Assembly: GCA_005887995.1 (NCBI GenBank) | Contig: VBJD01000026.1 | Location: 438 to 64,437, forward strand | From: Chloroflexota bacterium | GTDB lineage: Bacteria > Chloroflexota > Limnocylindria > P2-11E | Direction of reading: 5' to 3' | Length of the DNA stretch: 64,000 bases | Shown: in pieces, positions 38,627-47,892 of the stretch | How the letters are laid out: each line of letters starts with the position of its first letter | Numbering within the stretch: the first letter of the stretch is position 1 | Made by a program: the position numbers and the translations under genes | The notes under the pieces: generated by a model | Databases searched by the model: none | What the model saw: only the letters and a program-made list of their open reading frames with translations | What the model was told of the DNA's origin: nothing

Positions 38627-40126
38627 CTACGAAGCCGGAGGCGAAGAAGCAGGACGGTCCGGCGCCGACGGCGCCGGACCACCTATCACCACGCCCTTCC
38701 GACCGATGAGCCCCTCGACGCGGGCGAGGAAGAGAAGGATCAGCAGCGAGAGTCCGATCGCGATGACGACGCGCGGACCGCCTTCCGGCAGTGCACGCAG
38801 CACCGCGAGCCACTGCGGATCCGACCATGAGAAGAGGCGTGACGGATCGTCGTTGATGTTCGTCGGCGCCAGGTCCCAGGTGTTCTGGTCGTACACGAGC
38901 GCGGCGGCGCCAAAGAGCAGCAGCGACCAGCTCACGGCGAGCCAGAACACGCCGCGCATGAACCCAAGAGCGAACCAGCCGCCGCGCACGCCCCACGCGA
39001 GTCCGGCGATGAGCAGCGGCGCGAAGTCGTCGAGGAAGCGCGGACCGAAGACCCGCCCGCCCCACCACTCCGCGTACGTGGCGTACGCGCCGAGCAGCAC
39101 CGCCCACGGGATGAGCAGACCCGCGATGCGCTCGGAGATGCGTCCGCGCGTCGTGTTCGCGAAGCGCGCGATAACGCAGGACGCGAGCGCGAGGAAGGCC
39201 CATGGCTCGTAGATGAAGAGGCCGCGACTGGGTGACAGCAGCAGCCCGTAGAGGCCCTCGAGTATCGGCGTGTCGAATGGCTTCACGCCGTAGCCCTGCT
39301 CGACCGCCGATCCGTACACGAGCTGGTTGAACACGAGGAGCGGCAGGATGCCTACGAGCAGGCCGACCGCGAGCGCGATGAAGTAGCGCGACGGCGACCG
39401 CGTCGCTGGGAGCGCGAGCGCAACGAGCGCGGTCGTCTGTCGCACGACGCTCCCGAGCCCGAGCGCGACGCCGGCGACGAACTCGTTCCGCCGCGGCAGC
39501 CAGCGCTCCTGCAACAACAGCCACAGCGCGCTCGCGACCGCGAGGTGCACGCCGGCGTGCTGCCAGAGCGCCTGCGATGAGACGGTGCGCACGCTCGTGC
39601 CGAGCCAGTAGAGGAGGACGAGGCCCAGCGCCTGACGCTCGCTCGAGTAGCGACGGATGACCGCCCAGAGAAGGAGCGCGGCGAGCGTCTCGTAGAAGGC
39701 GGCGGCGAGGTGACCGACGCGGAGCAGGAGGCCGAGGTCGAGCGCCTCCGACCCGGCGAGCACGAAGGGCAGGAAGAACGGCAGCGCGAGCAGACCCATC
39801 CCCGGAGGGAACACCGAGCACACGTGATCGTTCGGTCCCGGTGCGGGTGGTCCGCCTTTGCTGCGCGGCACTTTCGGTGGTGCGGTCGCCGTGGACTTGC
39901 CGCAGGCGCGGAAGAAGTACGCCTCCGAGTCGAGGCGCATGTCCAGGGCGTTGCGGCTCGTCTGCAGCTCCGTCTCGCGGTCGGCCGGGCGGAACACGAA
40001 CTCGTCGTAGTCGACGTTCCCCTCCCGCAGCAGCGTGAAGGGCAGCAGCGCGTTCGGGAGGACATCCGGCGACCAGATGTCGTGAAGGTTTGCGAACGCG
40101 AGCGCGAAAAGGAGCAGCCCGCGCAT
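38627..40126 (-). CDS. Polytopic membrane protein, GT-C-fold glycosyltransferase-like (ArnT/PMT_2-like)
   Basis: Track ORF 38627..40672 trimmed to ATG 40126 (MRGLLLFALAF). The first loop carries the acidic VDYDEF motif. At least 10 predicted TM segments. Family assignment tentative. Confidence 0.5.
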   Translation of the reverse strand: MRGLLLFALAFANLHDIWSPDVLPNALLPFTLLREGNVDYDEFVFRPADRETELQTSRNALDMRLDSEAYFFRACGKSTATAPPKVPRSKGGPPAPGPNDHVCSVFPPGMGLLALPFFLPFVLAGSEALDLGLLLRVGHLAAAFYETLAALLLWAVIRRYSSERQALGLVLLYWLGTSVRTVSSQALWQHAGVHLAVASALWLLLQERWLPRRNEFVAGVALGLGSVVRQTTALVALALPATRSPSRYFIALAVGLLVGILPLLVFNQLVYGSAVEQGYGVKPFDTPILEGLYGLLLSPSRGLFIYEPWAFLALASCVIARFANTTRGRISERIAGLLIPWAVLLGAYATYAEWWGGRVFGPRFLDDFAPLLIAGLAWGVRGGWFALGFMRGVFWLAVSWSLLLFGAAALVYDQNTWDLAPTNINDDPSRLFSWSDPQWLAVLRALPEGGPRVVIAIGLSLLILLFLARVEGLIGRKGVVIGGPAPSAPDRPASSPPAS

Positions 40127-40175
40127 CACCCAGCGCGACGCCGACACCGTCACGCGGGCAGTGTGACCGAACGTC

Positions 40176-40811
40176 CTATTCGTCGAGCGCCACCACATAC
40201 ATGCGCACCTCGCGCGCGCCCCCGTCGCGGAGGGCGCCCGCCGCGGCGGAGAGCGTCGCGCCGGTCGTCGCGACGTCGTCGATGAGCGCCACACGCAGAC
40301 CGCGCGCGGCACCCGCTTCGGCGACGAACGCGTTGCGCATGTTCGCGACGCGAGCGGCGCGGTCGAGCTGCACCTGCGGCGTCGCGGCACGGATTCGCCG
40401 GAGGGGCGCCCGCAGCGGCAGCCCAACGCGCAGAGCGACCTCGGCCGCGAGCAGCGCCGCCTGGTCGTAGCCGCGGACCCGGGCGCGGTCGACGTGCAGC
40501 ACTGCGGGGACGACGACGTCGAGCACGACGCCGCGAGCGACATCGCGCGCGACACACGCCGCGACGAGGCCGCCCAGCTCCGCGGCGAGGCCGCGCTCGC
40601 CGTCGTACTTGAAGCGATGGATCGCCCTGCGTAGCGGGCCACCGAACGCGGCTGCGGCCTGCAGCCTCCCACGCCGGATCGGGTCGCAGAGATCGCGGCA
40701 GTCGAGGCAGAGCCACTCGCCCGGCGCGTCGCAGCCGGCGCAGCGCGGTGCTAGGAGGGCGTCGAGCAACGAGCGCGCGTCACGAGAGGGCCTCGATGAC
40801 GAGTTCGTCAC
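40176..40811 (-). CDS. comF: ComF-family phosphoribosyltransferase-like competence protein
   Basis: N-terminal Cys pairs (APRCAGCD...WLCLDC). RAIHRFKYDGERGLA. PRTase loop LIDDVATTGATL. Start is GTG 40811 or TTG 40769. Confidence 0.8.
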   Translation of the reverse strand: MTNSSSRPSRDARSLLDALLAPRCAGCDAPGEWLCLDCRDLCDPIRRGRLQAAAAFGGPLRRAIHRFKYDGERGLAAELGGLVAACVARDVARGVVLDVVVPAVLHVDRARVRGYDQAALLAAEVALRVGLPLRAPLRRIRAATPQVQLDRAARVANMRNAFVAEAGAARGLRVALIDDVATTGATLSAAAGALRDGGAREVRMYVVALDE

Positions 40812-41046
40812 CGGCTTGCGTGCCGGTGCGCGCGACCGTTCCAGCCGGGAGCTCGAGCACGTCCTGCGCGCCGCGGGCGCCGATCGAGAACGTCCACGGC
40901 GCAAGTCGCTCGGCAGTCCGGACGACCCGGCGCGCGCGATCGACGAAGACCGCGTCGATCGGGAAGCGCATAAACCACATGGTGATGAGCGACGTCTTCG
41001 TGATGAGCAGGCCCTCGCCGTCATCGAGGCGCGACCGCGGGATCAA
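40780..41046 (-). CDS. DUF192 (COG1430) domain protein; conserved N-terminal part lies upstream of the first canonical start
   Basis: WFMRFPIDAVFVD...DVLELPAGTVARTGTQAGDEL fits DUF192. The conserved CDIADNFFSRAFGL precedes TTG 41046 and is in frame with tadC across the TAG at 41149-41151. Confidence 0.65.
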   Translation of the reverse strand: MIPRSRLDDGEGLLITKTSLITMWFMRFPIDAVFVDRARRVVRTAERLAPWTFSIGARGAQDVLELPAGTVARTGTQAGDELVIEALS

Positions 41047-41148
41047 GCCGAAGGCGCGGGAGAAGAAGTTGTCCGCGATGTCGCAGCGCGTGGCGAGGTC
41101 GACCTCACGGGTGCGGTTGCGGACGCGGTGCGGCGCGGACGATCCTCG

Positions 41149-42066
41149 CTAGCCGGTCTGAGAGCAGGAGCTGAGCGCGGACAGCGCGGCGGGTGCGAGG
41201 ATGACGATGAAGAGCGACGGAAAGATGCAACCGACCGTCGGCAGCATGATGAGGATCGGCGCGCGCGCGGCCTTCTCCTCGGCGCGCTGGCGGCGCTCCT
41301 GACGCAGCTGGTCCGACTGGATGCGCAGCACCTTGGACATCGAGACGCCGAGCTGATCGGCCTGGATGATCGCGGAGATGAAGTTCTGGAGCTCCTTCAC
41401 CTCGACGCGCTCGGAGATGCCGCGCAGCGCCTCCTGCCGCGCCTTACCGATGCGCTGCTCCGCGGCTGCGCGCTTGAACTCATCGCACAGCGGCCCCTTC
41501 ATCTTCTCGGTGACCTTCACGACCGCAGCGTCGAAGCCGAGGCCGGCCTCGACCGAGATGGTGAGGAGATCGAGCGCGTCCGGCAGTTGATCGAGGACGG
41601 AGTTCGAGCGGCCGCTGGCCTTGCTCGACAGGTAGAGGTCCGGCGCCATGAAGCCGAGGATCAGACCGCCGAACGCCCCACCGATCGTGAAGGTGAAGTC
41701 GTTGCTCAGCAGGTTCACGATCGCGGACCCGGCGACCGCACCGACGAGCGCGGCGAAGCCCTTCACGCCGATGAAGAACTCGGTGCTCGTGTCCTCCATG
41801 CCGGCGCGCTTGAGCTTCAGGCCGATGCTGTTGGCGGTATTGGCCGGGTAGAACCGCCCGAGGAGCCGCGAGATGCCCTGGATGATCGGCTTCAGCGTGC
41901 GCTCAGAGAGCGGGCGCTGCAGCTCGAGCTCCTCGAGGGTCCGCGGGCGTACCGCGATCTGCTGCAGGCGGGCCTGCACCGGATCGAGCTCCGAGCCCAT
42001 GTTCATCGAGACGACGATGAGGATGACCCCGAGCATGACGACGAGACCAAGGGCGATCGGTGCCAT
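41149..42066 (-). CDS. tadC: Tad pilus inner-membrane platform protein (T2SSF domain)
   Basis: One T2SSF domain (LPDALDLLTISVEAGLGFDAAV...). Follows tadB. Confidence 0.85.
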   Translation of the reverse strand: MAPIALGLVVMLGVILIVVSMNMGSELDPVQARLQQIAVRPRTLEELELQRPLSERTLKPIIQGISRLLGRFYPANTANSIGLKLKRAGMEDTSTEFFIGVKGFAALVGAVAGSAIVNLLSNDFTFTIGGAFGGLILGFMAPDLYLSSKASGRSNSVLDQLPDALDLLTISVEAGLGFDAAVVKVTEKMKGPLCDEFKRAAAEQRIGKARQEALRGISERVEVKELQNFISAIIQADQLGVSMSKVLRIQSDQLRQERRQRAEEKAARAPILIMLPTVGCIFPSLFIVILAPAALSALSSCSQTG

Positions 42067-42069
42067 CGC

Positions 42070-43035
42070 CTAGACCTTGATGCTCACGATCTTCTGGATC
42101 ATGAAGAAGCCGATGACCATCATCACGCCGCCGACGCCGAGCAGGATCTGTCCGAGCAGCTGCGTGAACAGCGGCTGCATGAACGCCGGGTTGATGAAGT
42201 TCAGCGTGATCGCGATACCGATCGGGAGGAACGCGACAAGGTAGCCCGACATCCGGCCCTGCGCGGTGAGCGTGTTGATCTCGCCCTTGATGCGCACGCG
42301 CTCGCGGATGGTGAACGCGATCGTGTCGAGGATCTCGGCGAGGTTGCCGCCGACCTGCTGCTGGACGCCGATCGCGGTGACCATGAGGTCGAGGTCGTCG
42401 CTGCGGATGCGGCGCACAAGGTTCGCGAGCGCCTCCTCCATACCGAGACCGAGGTTCACCTCGCGGACGACCCGGCCCATCTCCTCGCCCATCGGTGAGG
42501 GCGTCTCTCGCGAGACGAGCTCGATCGACTGAAGGAAGCTCGAACCGGCGCGCAGCGAGTTCGAGAGGAGCGTGATCGTGTCCGCGAGCTGCTTGTTGAA
42601 TGCGCTGAGGCGTCCGCCGATGCGGCGGCCGACGTATAGGCGCGGGATCATGTAGCCGAGGATGAGTCCGATGGCCCCGGAGAGCGGGTCGCGGAGCACG
42701 CCGAGCACGAGCCCGAGCCCGAGCGCCGTGCCGACGCGGATGTAGTAGTACTCCGAGACCTTCAGCTTGAGGTTGGCGCGCGCCAGGTCGCGCTGCACCT
42801 TCGTCGAGAACTTCTTGTCGGCGACGTCGCCTGAGAGCGTCGCGAACGGGTCAATGACGTCCTTCTTCTTCTTTTCTTTCTTCGCGACGGACTTCTGCGC
42901 TTCGGCGCCGCCGGCGTAGCGCGCCATGCGGTCCTGGACGCTCATGCCCGAGCCCTTGATCAGGCCGTAGATGCCCGAGAAGAAGAGCAGTACGCCGAAG
43001 AACGCGGCGGCCGGGAGCGCGTACTGCATTGGCAT
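42070..43035 (-). CDS. tadB: Tad pilus inner-membrane platform protein (T2SSF domain)
   Basis: One T2SSF domain (LADTITLLSNSLRAGSSFLQSIE...). ATGA-type overlap with cpaF. Confidence 0.85.
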   Translation of the reverse strand: MPMQYALPAAAFFGVLLFFSGIYGLIKGSGMSVQDRMARYAGGAEAQKSVAKKEKKKKDVIDPFATLSGDVADKKFSTKVQRDLARANLKLKVSEYYYIRVGTALGLGLVLGVLRDPLSGAIGLILGYMIPRLYVGRRIGGRLSAFNKQLADTITLLSNSLRAGSSFLQSIELVSRETPSPMGEEMGRVVREVNLGLGMEEALANLVRRIRSDDLDLMVTAIGVQQQVGGNLAEILDTIAFTIRERVRIKGEINTLTAQGRMSGYLVAFLPIGIAITLNFINPAFMQPLFTQLLGQILLGVGGVMMVIGFFMIQKIVSIKV

Positions 43036-44456
43036 CAGCGGCTGAGCAGGCCGGTCATGTCGCCGAAGACGCCCTGCGGCAGCTTGATGCCGGCAGCCTC
43101 GAACTTCTCGCTGAACTTCGGACGGATACCTGTCGGCCGCATGCGGCCCTGGACCTTGCCGTCGACGTACGCCGTCTGCTCGAAGATGAAGACGTCCTGA
43201 AGGACGACCTGGTCACCTTCCATGCCCTGGACCTCGGTGACGTTCGTGATCTTGCGCGAGCCGTCCTTGAGGCGGCTGATCTGCACGATGAGGTCGAGAG
43301 CAGATGAGATCTGCTCGCGGATCGCGCGCTGCGGCAAGTCGACGCCGGCCATGAGGCACATCGTCTCGATGCGGCTGATCATGTCTCGCGGCGAGTTCGC
43401 GTGACCGGTCGAGAGCGAGCCATCGTGGCCGGTGTTCATGGCCTGGAGCATCGAGAGCGCCTCGCCACCACGGATCTCACCCACGACGATGCGCTCAGGA
43501 CGCATACGGAGGGAGTTCTTCACGAGGTCCATGATCGTGACCGCGCCCTTGCCCTCGATGTTCGCGGCGCGCGACTCGAGGCGCACGACGTGGTCCTGGA
43601 CGAGGCGGAGCTCGGCAGCGTCCTCGATGGTGACGATGCGCTCGTCCTCGGGGATGAAGCCGGACATGATGTTCAGGAGCGTCGTTTTACCGGAGCCCGT
43701 GCCACCGGAGATGAAGATGTTGAGCCGGGCCTCCACGCACGCGCGCATGAACTCCATCATCTCGGGAGTGGCTGTTCCGAACTTGATGTAGTCGTCGACC
43801 GAGATGCGGTACTTGGGGAACTTTCGGATCGTGACGACGGGCCCGTTGAGGGCGAGCGGCGGGATGATGATGTTCACGCGCGAGCCGTCCGGAAGACGCG
43901 CGTCCTCATAGGGCTTCGACTCGTCGACTCGCCGGCCGATCGGCGCGATGATCCGCTCGATGATGCGCATGACGTGCTCGTCGTTCTGGAACGTCGTGTC
44001 GGTGAGGACGAGCTTTCCCTTGCGCTCGCAGTAGACGCGGAACGGGCCGTTGACCATGACCTCGGTGATGGTGTCGTCGTTCAGGAGCGGCTGGATCGGC
44101 CCGAAGCCGAGGATCTCGTCGAGGATCGCTTCGAGCATCTTCTGACGCTCGACGCGTGTGATGACCGCGCCCTCCTCGTCGAGGAACTTGTTGAACATCT
44201 CTTCGATCGAGGCGCGCACGGCCTTCGCGTCGGAGAGGTCGAGGCGGGGGTCGAGGTTGTTGATGATCTTGGTCTGGAGCTTGATCCGGACGTCGCGGTT
44301 GGTGTCGCGGGCCGGGGCGACGCTTTGGGTGAGCGGGCCGGTCTCGGGCGTCTTCGGCGGCTGCTGGCCCGGGGGTTGGGGTGCGCCCGGAGCGGCCGGG
44401 GCGGCCGGCTGCTGACCGGCGGGACGCTGGCCCTCGATACGCCGCAGAAGACTCAT
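43035..44456 (-). CDS. cpaF: CpaF/TadA secretion ATPase
   Basis: Walker A GGTGSGKTT. Asp box VTIEDAAEL. IVVGEIRGGEA. His box TGHDGSLSTGHAN. Confidence 0.95.
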   Translation of the reverse strand: MSLLRRIEGQRPAGQQPAAPAAPGAPQPPGQQPPKTPETGPLTQSVAPARDTNRDVRIKLQTKIINNLDPRLDLSDAKAVRASIEEMFNKFLDEEGAVITRVERQKMLEAILDEILGFGPIQPLLNDDTITEVMVNGPFRVYCERKGKLVLTDTTFQNDEHVMRIIERIIAPIGRRVDESKPYEDARLPDGSRVNIIIPPLALNGPVVTIRKFPKYRISVDDYIKFGTATPEMMEFMRACVEARLNIFISGGTGSGKTTLLNIMSGFIPEDERIVTIEDAAELRLVQDHVVRLESRAANIEGKGAVTIMDLVKNSLRMRPERIVVGEIRGGEALSMLQAMNTGHDGSLSTGHANSPRDMISRIETMCLMAGVDLPQRAIREQISSALDLIVQISRLKDGSRKITNVTEVQGMEGDQVVLQDVFIFEQTAYVDGKVQGRMRPTGIRPKFSEKFEAAGIKLPQGVFGDMTGLLSR

Positions 44457-44607
44457 CGCTGAATCAACCCTCGCTTCCGGCTGGCGTTATGTGCCCGCCT
44501 GCTCCCTCGCCGTCGGAGTGTACGTCGCATGTATCGCTTTCTGACCACCCTGGCGGGGGTCTAACCCGTCGCATTCGCCTCGGCCCGCCTTGCGGCAGGA
44601 CTATCGG

Positions 44608-45882
44608 CTATCGCGCGCCGAAGAGCTTGAGGCCGCCCGGTCGCGCCGCTTGCTTGCCCGCCGCGGCACCCGCTTCCGAAGCGACGGGCGCACCGGCAAG
44701 CTTCGCCGCGAGGCTGAAGATGTCCTTACTGACCTGGCTGTCCTTGTGGCTGATGACGAACGGCACGCCGCGGTTCACGGCGAGCACAAGGGTGCGGCCG
44801 TCCGAAACGATGGTGTGCGGGATCTTGCGGCCGAGGCTCGCCTCGACGTCGCTCGCCTTGATGCCGCCCGACGAGTCGTTACGGTTCGCCACGAGCTGCA
44901 CCTTGTCCTGGCTGTAGCCGAGCTTCTCGACGACCTCCATGAAGACGCGGATGTTCTTCAGGCTGGTGATCTCGAGAGTCATGAGCGAGAGGACGACGTC
45001 GGCCGCGTCGAGCATCGTGATGACCTGCTCGCCGTACGACGGCCACGTGTCCACGATGACGTAGGCGTAGCGCTGCCTGAGGATCTCAAGCACGTGCTTG
45101 ATGTGCGCGCCGGTGATGAGCTCGGTCGACTCGGGCGTCGGCGGCGCGAGGAGCACCTTGATGCCGGTCGAGTGCTGCACGAGGATCGATTCGACGACGT
45201 CGGCGTCGGTCTGCTCGAACGAGCCGATGAGATCGGCGATCGTCTTCGCCTTGGGGCTCATGTTCAGGATGACGGCGATGTCGCCGAACGGCAGGCTGCC
45301 GTCGACGAGGACGACCGGCTTCTCGGTGGACTGATGGAGGGCGACCGCGAGATTCGTCGCGATCGTGGTGCGCCCGACGCCGCCCTTCGGTGAGAAGAAC
45401 GAGATGATCTTGCCCGTCTCGACGGCCGGCGCCGCGGCAGCACCGGCGACCTGAGTACCCGCAGCTGGCGCGAGCGGCGCGTAGCGCGCGCGGCGCACCT
45501 TCTCGAGCTCGTGGACGTGGCGGATCGCGTTGATGAGCTCGTCGGCGGAGAACGGCTTCACGAGGAACTCACGCGCGCCGGCGAGCATCGAGCGGCGCAG
45601 GTAATCCTGCTCTCCCTGAACGGACATCATGATGATCGGCGACTCGGGGACGGTGTTCGAGATGATCTCGGTCGCGGTGATCCCATCCATGTCGGGCATG
45701 TTGATGTCCATGAGGATCACGTTCGGCCGTTCCTTCTTCGCGAGGGTCACGGCCTCCTGACCGCCGCCAGCGGTGCCGGCGACAGTCATGTCGGGCTCGA
45801 ACCCGATCAGCTTGGCAAGGTTCTCACGCGTGTCGGCGATGTCGTCGACGATGAGAATGCGGATCTTTTCGCCATCAGCCAC
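44608..45882 (-). CDS. Response-regulator receiver fused to CpaE/TadZ-like ParA/MinD ATPase
   Basis: REC (ILIVDDIADTRE...VILMDINMPDMDG...FLVKPF). Then the deviant Walker A SPKGGVGRTT. Confidence 0.9.
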   Translation of the reverse strand: MADGEKIRILIVDDIADTRENLAKLIGFEPDMTVAGTAGGGQEAVTLAKKERPNVILMDINMPDMDGITATEIISNTVPESPIIMMSVQGEQDYLRRSMLAGAREFLVKPFSADELINAIRHVHELEKVRRARYAPLAPAAGTQVAGAAAAPAVETGKIISFFSPKGGVGRTTIATNLAVALHQSTEKPVVLVDGSLPFGDIAVILNMSPKAKTIADLIGSFEQTDADVVESILVQHSTGIKVLLAPPTPESTELITGAHIKHVLEILRQRYAYVIVDTWPSYGEQVITMLDAADVVLSLMTLEITSLKNIRVFMEVVEKLGYSQDKVQLVANRNDSSGGIKASDVEASLGRKIPHTIVSDGRTLVLAVNRGVPFVISHKDSQVSKDIFSLAAKLAGAPVASEAGAAAGKQAARPGGLKLFGAR

Positions 45883-45965
45883 GCGTCAATATCGCTCCCC
45901 TCAGTTGAGTCCCGGCCGAGTTTACAGGCGCTGGTCGGGTCCGGCGCCACCTGTACGGGTGACCA

Positions 45966-46454
45966 TCAGGATGTTCCGAGCGCGATGACGCCCGTGATCT
46001 CGAGCGCCAGCGCGAGCAGACCACCAAGACCGAGCGCGACCCCGTACGGGATGGACTGCTTCATCAATCCGGAAACGCTCGGCGCGCTCGCGCCGTTCGC
46101 CGGACGCAACCGGCGGGTCGCGATGAACCCGACGGCGATGAGCCCGCCGAGCAGCGCGCCGTACAAAGCCGATACGAGGAAGAAACTTGTGCCGCGCACG
46201 GCGCCGACCGCCATGAGCAGCTTCGCGTCGCCCGCCTTGAGCCCGCCCGCGGCGTAGAAGGGATAGGACAACGCGAACGCGAGCACCAGCGCCGCGACGT
46301 GATCGACGAGCCCGCCGGTGAAGAGACCGCCCGGGATGCCTTCGACGACGCCGAACACAAGGCCGATGAGCATCGCCGGATAGGTGACGGCGTTGGGGAT
46401 CCGGAGCCAGCGGAAATCCGTGTACATCACAACGAGAAGGAGGGCGGCGAGCAC
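45966..46454 (-). CDS. cpaA: Prepilin peptidase, A24 family (CpaA/TadV type)
   Basis: Two catalytic Asp contexts (YTDFRWLRIPN and GLKAGDAKLL). Polytopic. Confidence 0.85.
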   Translation of the reverse strand: MLAALLLVVMYTDFRWLRIPNAVTYPAMLIGLVFGVVEGIPGGLFTGGLVDHVAALVLAFALSYPFYAAGGLKAGDAKLLMAVGAVRGTSFFLVSALYGALLGGLIAVGFIATRRLRPANGASAPSVSGLMKQSIPYGVALGLGGLLALALEITGVIALGTS

Positions 46455-46507
46455 CGTGTCTTCGACGATTCGTCCAGCGTCGATGCTCGTCGCCCTCCTC
46501 GGACCTT

Positions 46508-46660
46508 CTAGGTGAGGTTGTTGCCGATGTTGCTGAAAATGTTCTGGATCTGACCGCGGAGGAACACCATGGCCACGATGACCGCGATCGCAATCACAGC
46601 GATGATGAGAGCGTACTCGACCAGGCCCTGCCCTTCGTCTTCACGGATGAATGTCAACAT
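46508..46660 (-). CDS. flp: Flp-family type IVb pilin (50 aa prepilin)
   Basis: Inside track ORF 46508..46903. ATG 46660 is preceded by GGAAGGAGGGAG. MLTFIREDEGQG/LVEYALIIAVIAIAV carries the Flp G-x4-EY processing motif. Confidence 0.9.
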   Translation of the reverse strand: MLTFIREDEGQGLVEYALIIAVIAIAVIVAMVFLRGQIQNIFSNIGNNLT

Positions 46661-46784
46661 GCATCTCCCTCCTTCCGCTGAGGTTGTGCAACGCGAAGCC
46701 TGCTCGCCTGCCCGTGCCAGCAGCAATGAGAAGGATGTACTAGTCCGGTCGGCGGTGGCTAGAGTCGCGCTGAAAAAGCGAACG

Positions 46785-47201
46785 ATGACCACCGCGAATG
46801 GCACGACGACGCGCATCGCAAAGGCGAGTTTTGGCACACGTGCCCTCGCACTGCTCATCGATGTTCTCGGTTTGGTCATCGTCGAAACGATCATCGCGAG
46901 CATCCTCTACGGCGGGAATCTGAACGGTCCCGAGCCCTTCGGGTTGATCGTCGCGCTCGCGTACTTCGTGTACTTCTGGTCCGCGTCGGGCGGCGGACAG
47001 ACGCTGGGCATGAAATCGCTGAACATCAAGGTCGTGAAGGCCGATGGCTCGATGCTCGATCACATCGGGGCGTTCATCCGCTTCGGCGGCTTCGTCGTCT
47101 CATGCGTCGCGCTCTTCATCGGTCTGATCTGGGCAGCGTTCGACGCGCAGGGACAGGGCTGGCACGACAAGATCGCGGGCACGTACGTGGTGAGAGCGTA
47201 A
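46785..47201 (+). CDS. RDD-family membrane protein
   Basis: Trimmed to ATG 46785. ASFGTRALALLIDVLGLVIV...GGGQTLGMKSLNIKVV...WHDKIAGTYVV is a typical RDD domain. Confidence 0.75.
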   Translation: MTTANGTTTRIAKASFGTRALALLIDVLGLVIVETIIASILYGGNLNGPEPFGLIVALAYFVYFWSASGGGQTLGMKSLNIKVVKADGSMLDHIGAFIRFGGFVVSCVALFIGLIWAAFDAQGQGWHDKIAGTYVVRA

Positions 47202-47881
47202 CCAGACTCACTTCGCGCACCGAGGGAGAGCCCCTGCCGCCGATCCTCGCTCGCGGACGGGATGCGAGCGTGTACGCGCTCGACGAGCACACGGTGCTCC
47301 GACATTACGAGCGGCGCGATGTCCCCGAGTACGAAGTCAACGTCATGCGCTACGCCCGTGCACACGGCTATCCCGTTCCCGAAGTGAAGGAGGTGTCCGG
47401 CCCGGACATGGTGCTCGAGCGCGTCGACGGGCCGACGATGCAGGAAGCGCTCGAGTCCGATCGGACCCAGCTCGATCGCAACATCCGATTGCTCGCCGCG
47501 CTGCATGAGCGTCTGCACGAGATCGCCGCACCGCCGGGCCTCGCCTCGGTCGGCGAAGGGGACGCGCTGCTGCACCTCGATCTCCATCCGAAGAACGTGC
47601 TGCTGTCGACGAACGGCCCGTACGTCATCGACTGGGCGAACGCCCGGCGCGGTCACTGGGCCGATGACGTCGCGCAGACGATCGTCGTTTTCTGGAGCGC
47701 GCTCGCCGACCCTGCGTTCGCGGATCGCGAGGCGATCGTGCACCACGTCGTCGAGACGTTCCTCGCATCGTTCGATCGCGACGCTGTGCGCGCGCATCTT
47801 CCCGCGGCGATCGCGCGACGCGTCGCGGACGCGAACGTCGGCGACGCGGAGCGCGCGGTCACGCGGCGAGGCCGCATCTGA
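47102..47881 (+). CDS. Aminoglycoside/choline-kinase-type phosphotransferase (APH family)
   Basis: LLHLDLHPKNVLLSTNGPYVIDWANA (Brenner motif and DxD-like region). The only canonical upstream start (ATG 47102) overlaps the RDD gene by 100 nt. Start uncertain. Confidence 0.7.
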   Translation: MRRALHRSDLGSVRRAGTGLARQDRGHVRGESVTRLTSRTEGEPLPPILARGRDASVYALDEHTVLRHYERRDVPEYEVNVMRYARAHGYPVPEVKEVSGPDMVLERVDGPTMQEALESDRTQLDRNIRLLAALHERLHEIAAPPGLASVGEGDALLHLDLHPKNVLLSTNGPYVIDWANARRGHWADDVAQTIVVFWSALADPAFADREAIVHHVVETFLASFDRDAVRAHLPAAIARRVADANVGDAERAVTRRGRI

Positions 47882-47892
47882 GCTTGTGAGCG

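Noticed and set aside
38607-40716. Alternative long minus-strand frames (38607..39821, 39352..40065, 40150..40716) and the 5' extension of 38627..40672
   Set aside because: Arg/Pro-rich translations that overlap the hydrophobic GT-C-like frame and comF. The extension upstream of ATG 40126 would overlap comF and has no membrane-protein character.
40609-42498. 629-aa plus-strand ORF opposite DUF192, tadC and tadB
   Set aside because: Asp/Glu/Arg-rich shadow of the minus-strand T2SSF genes.
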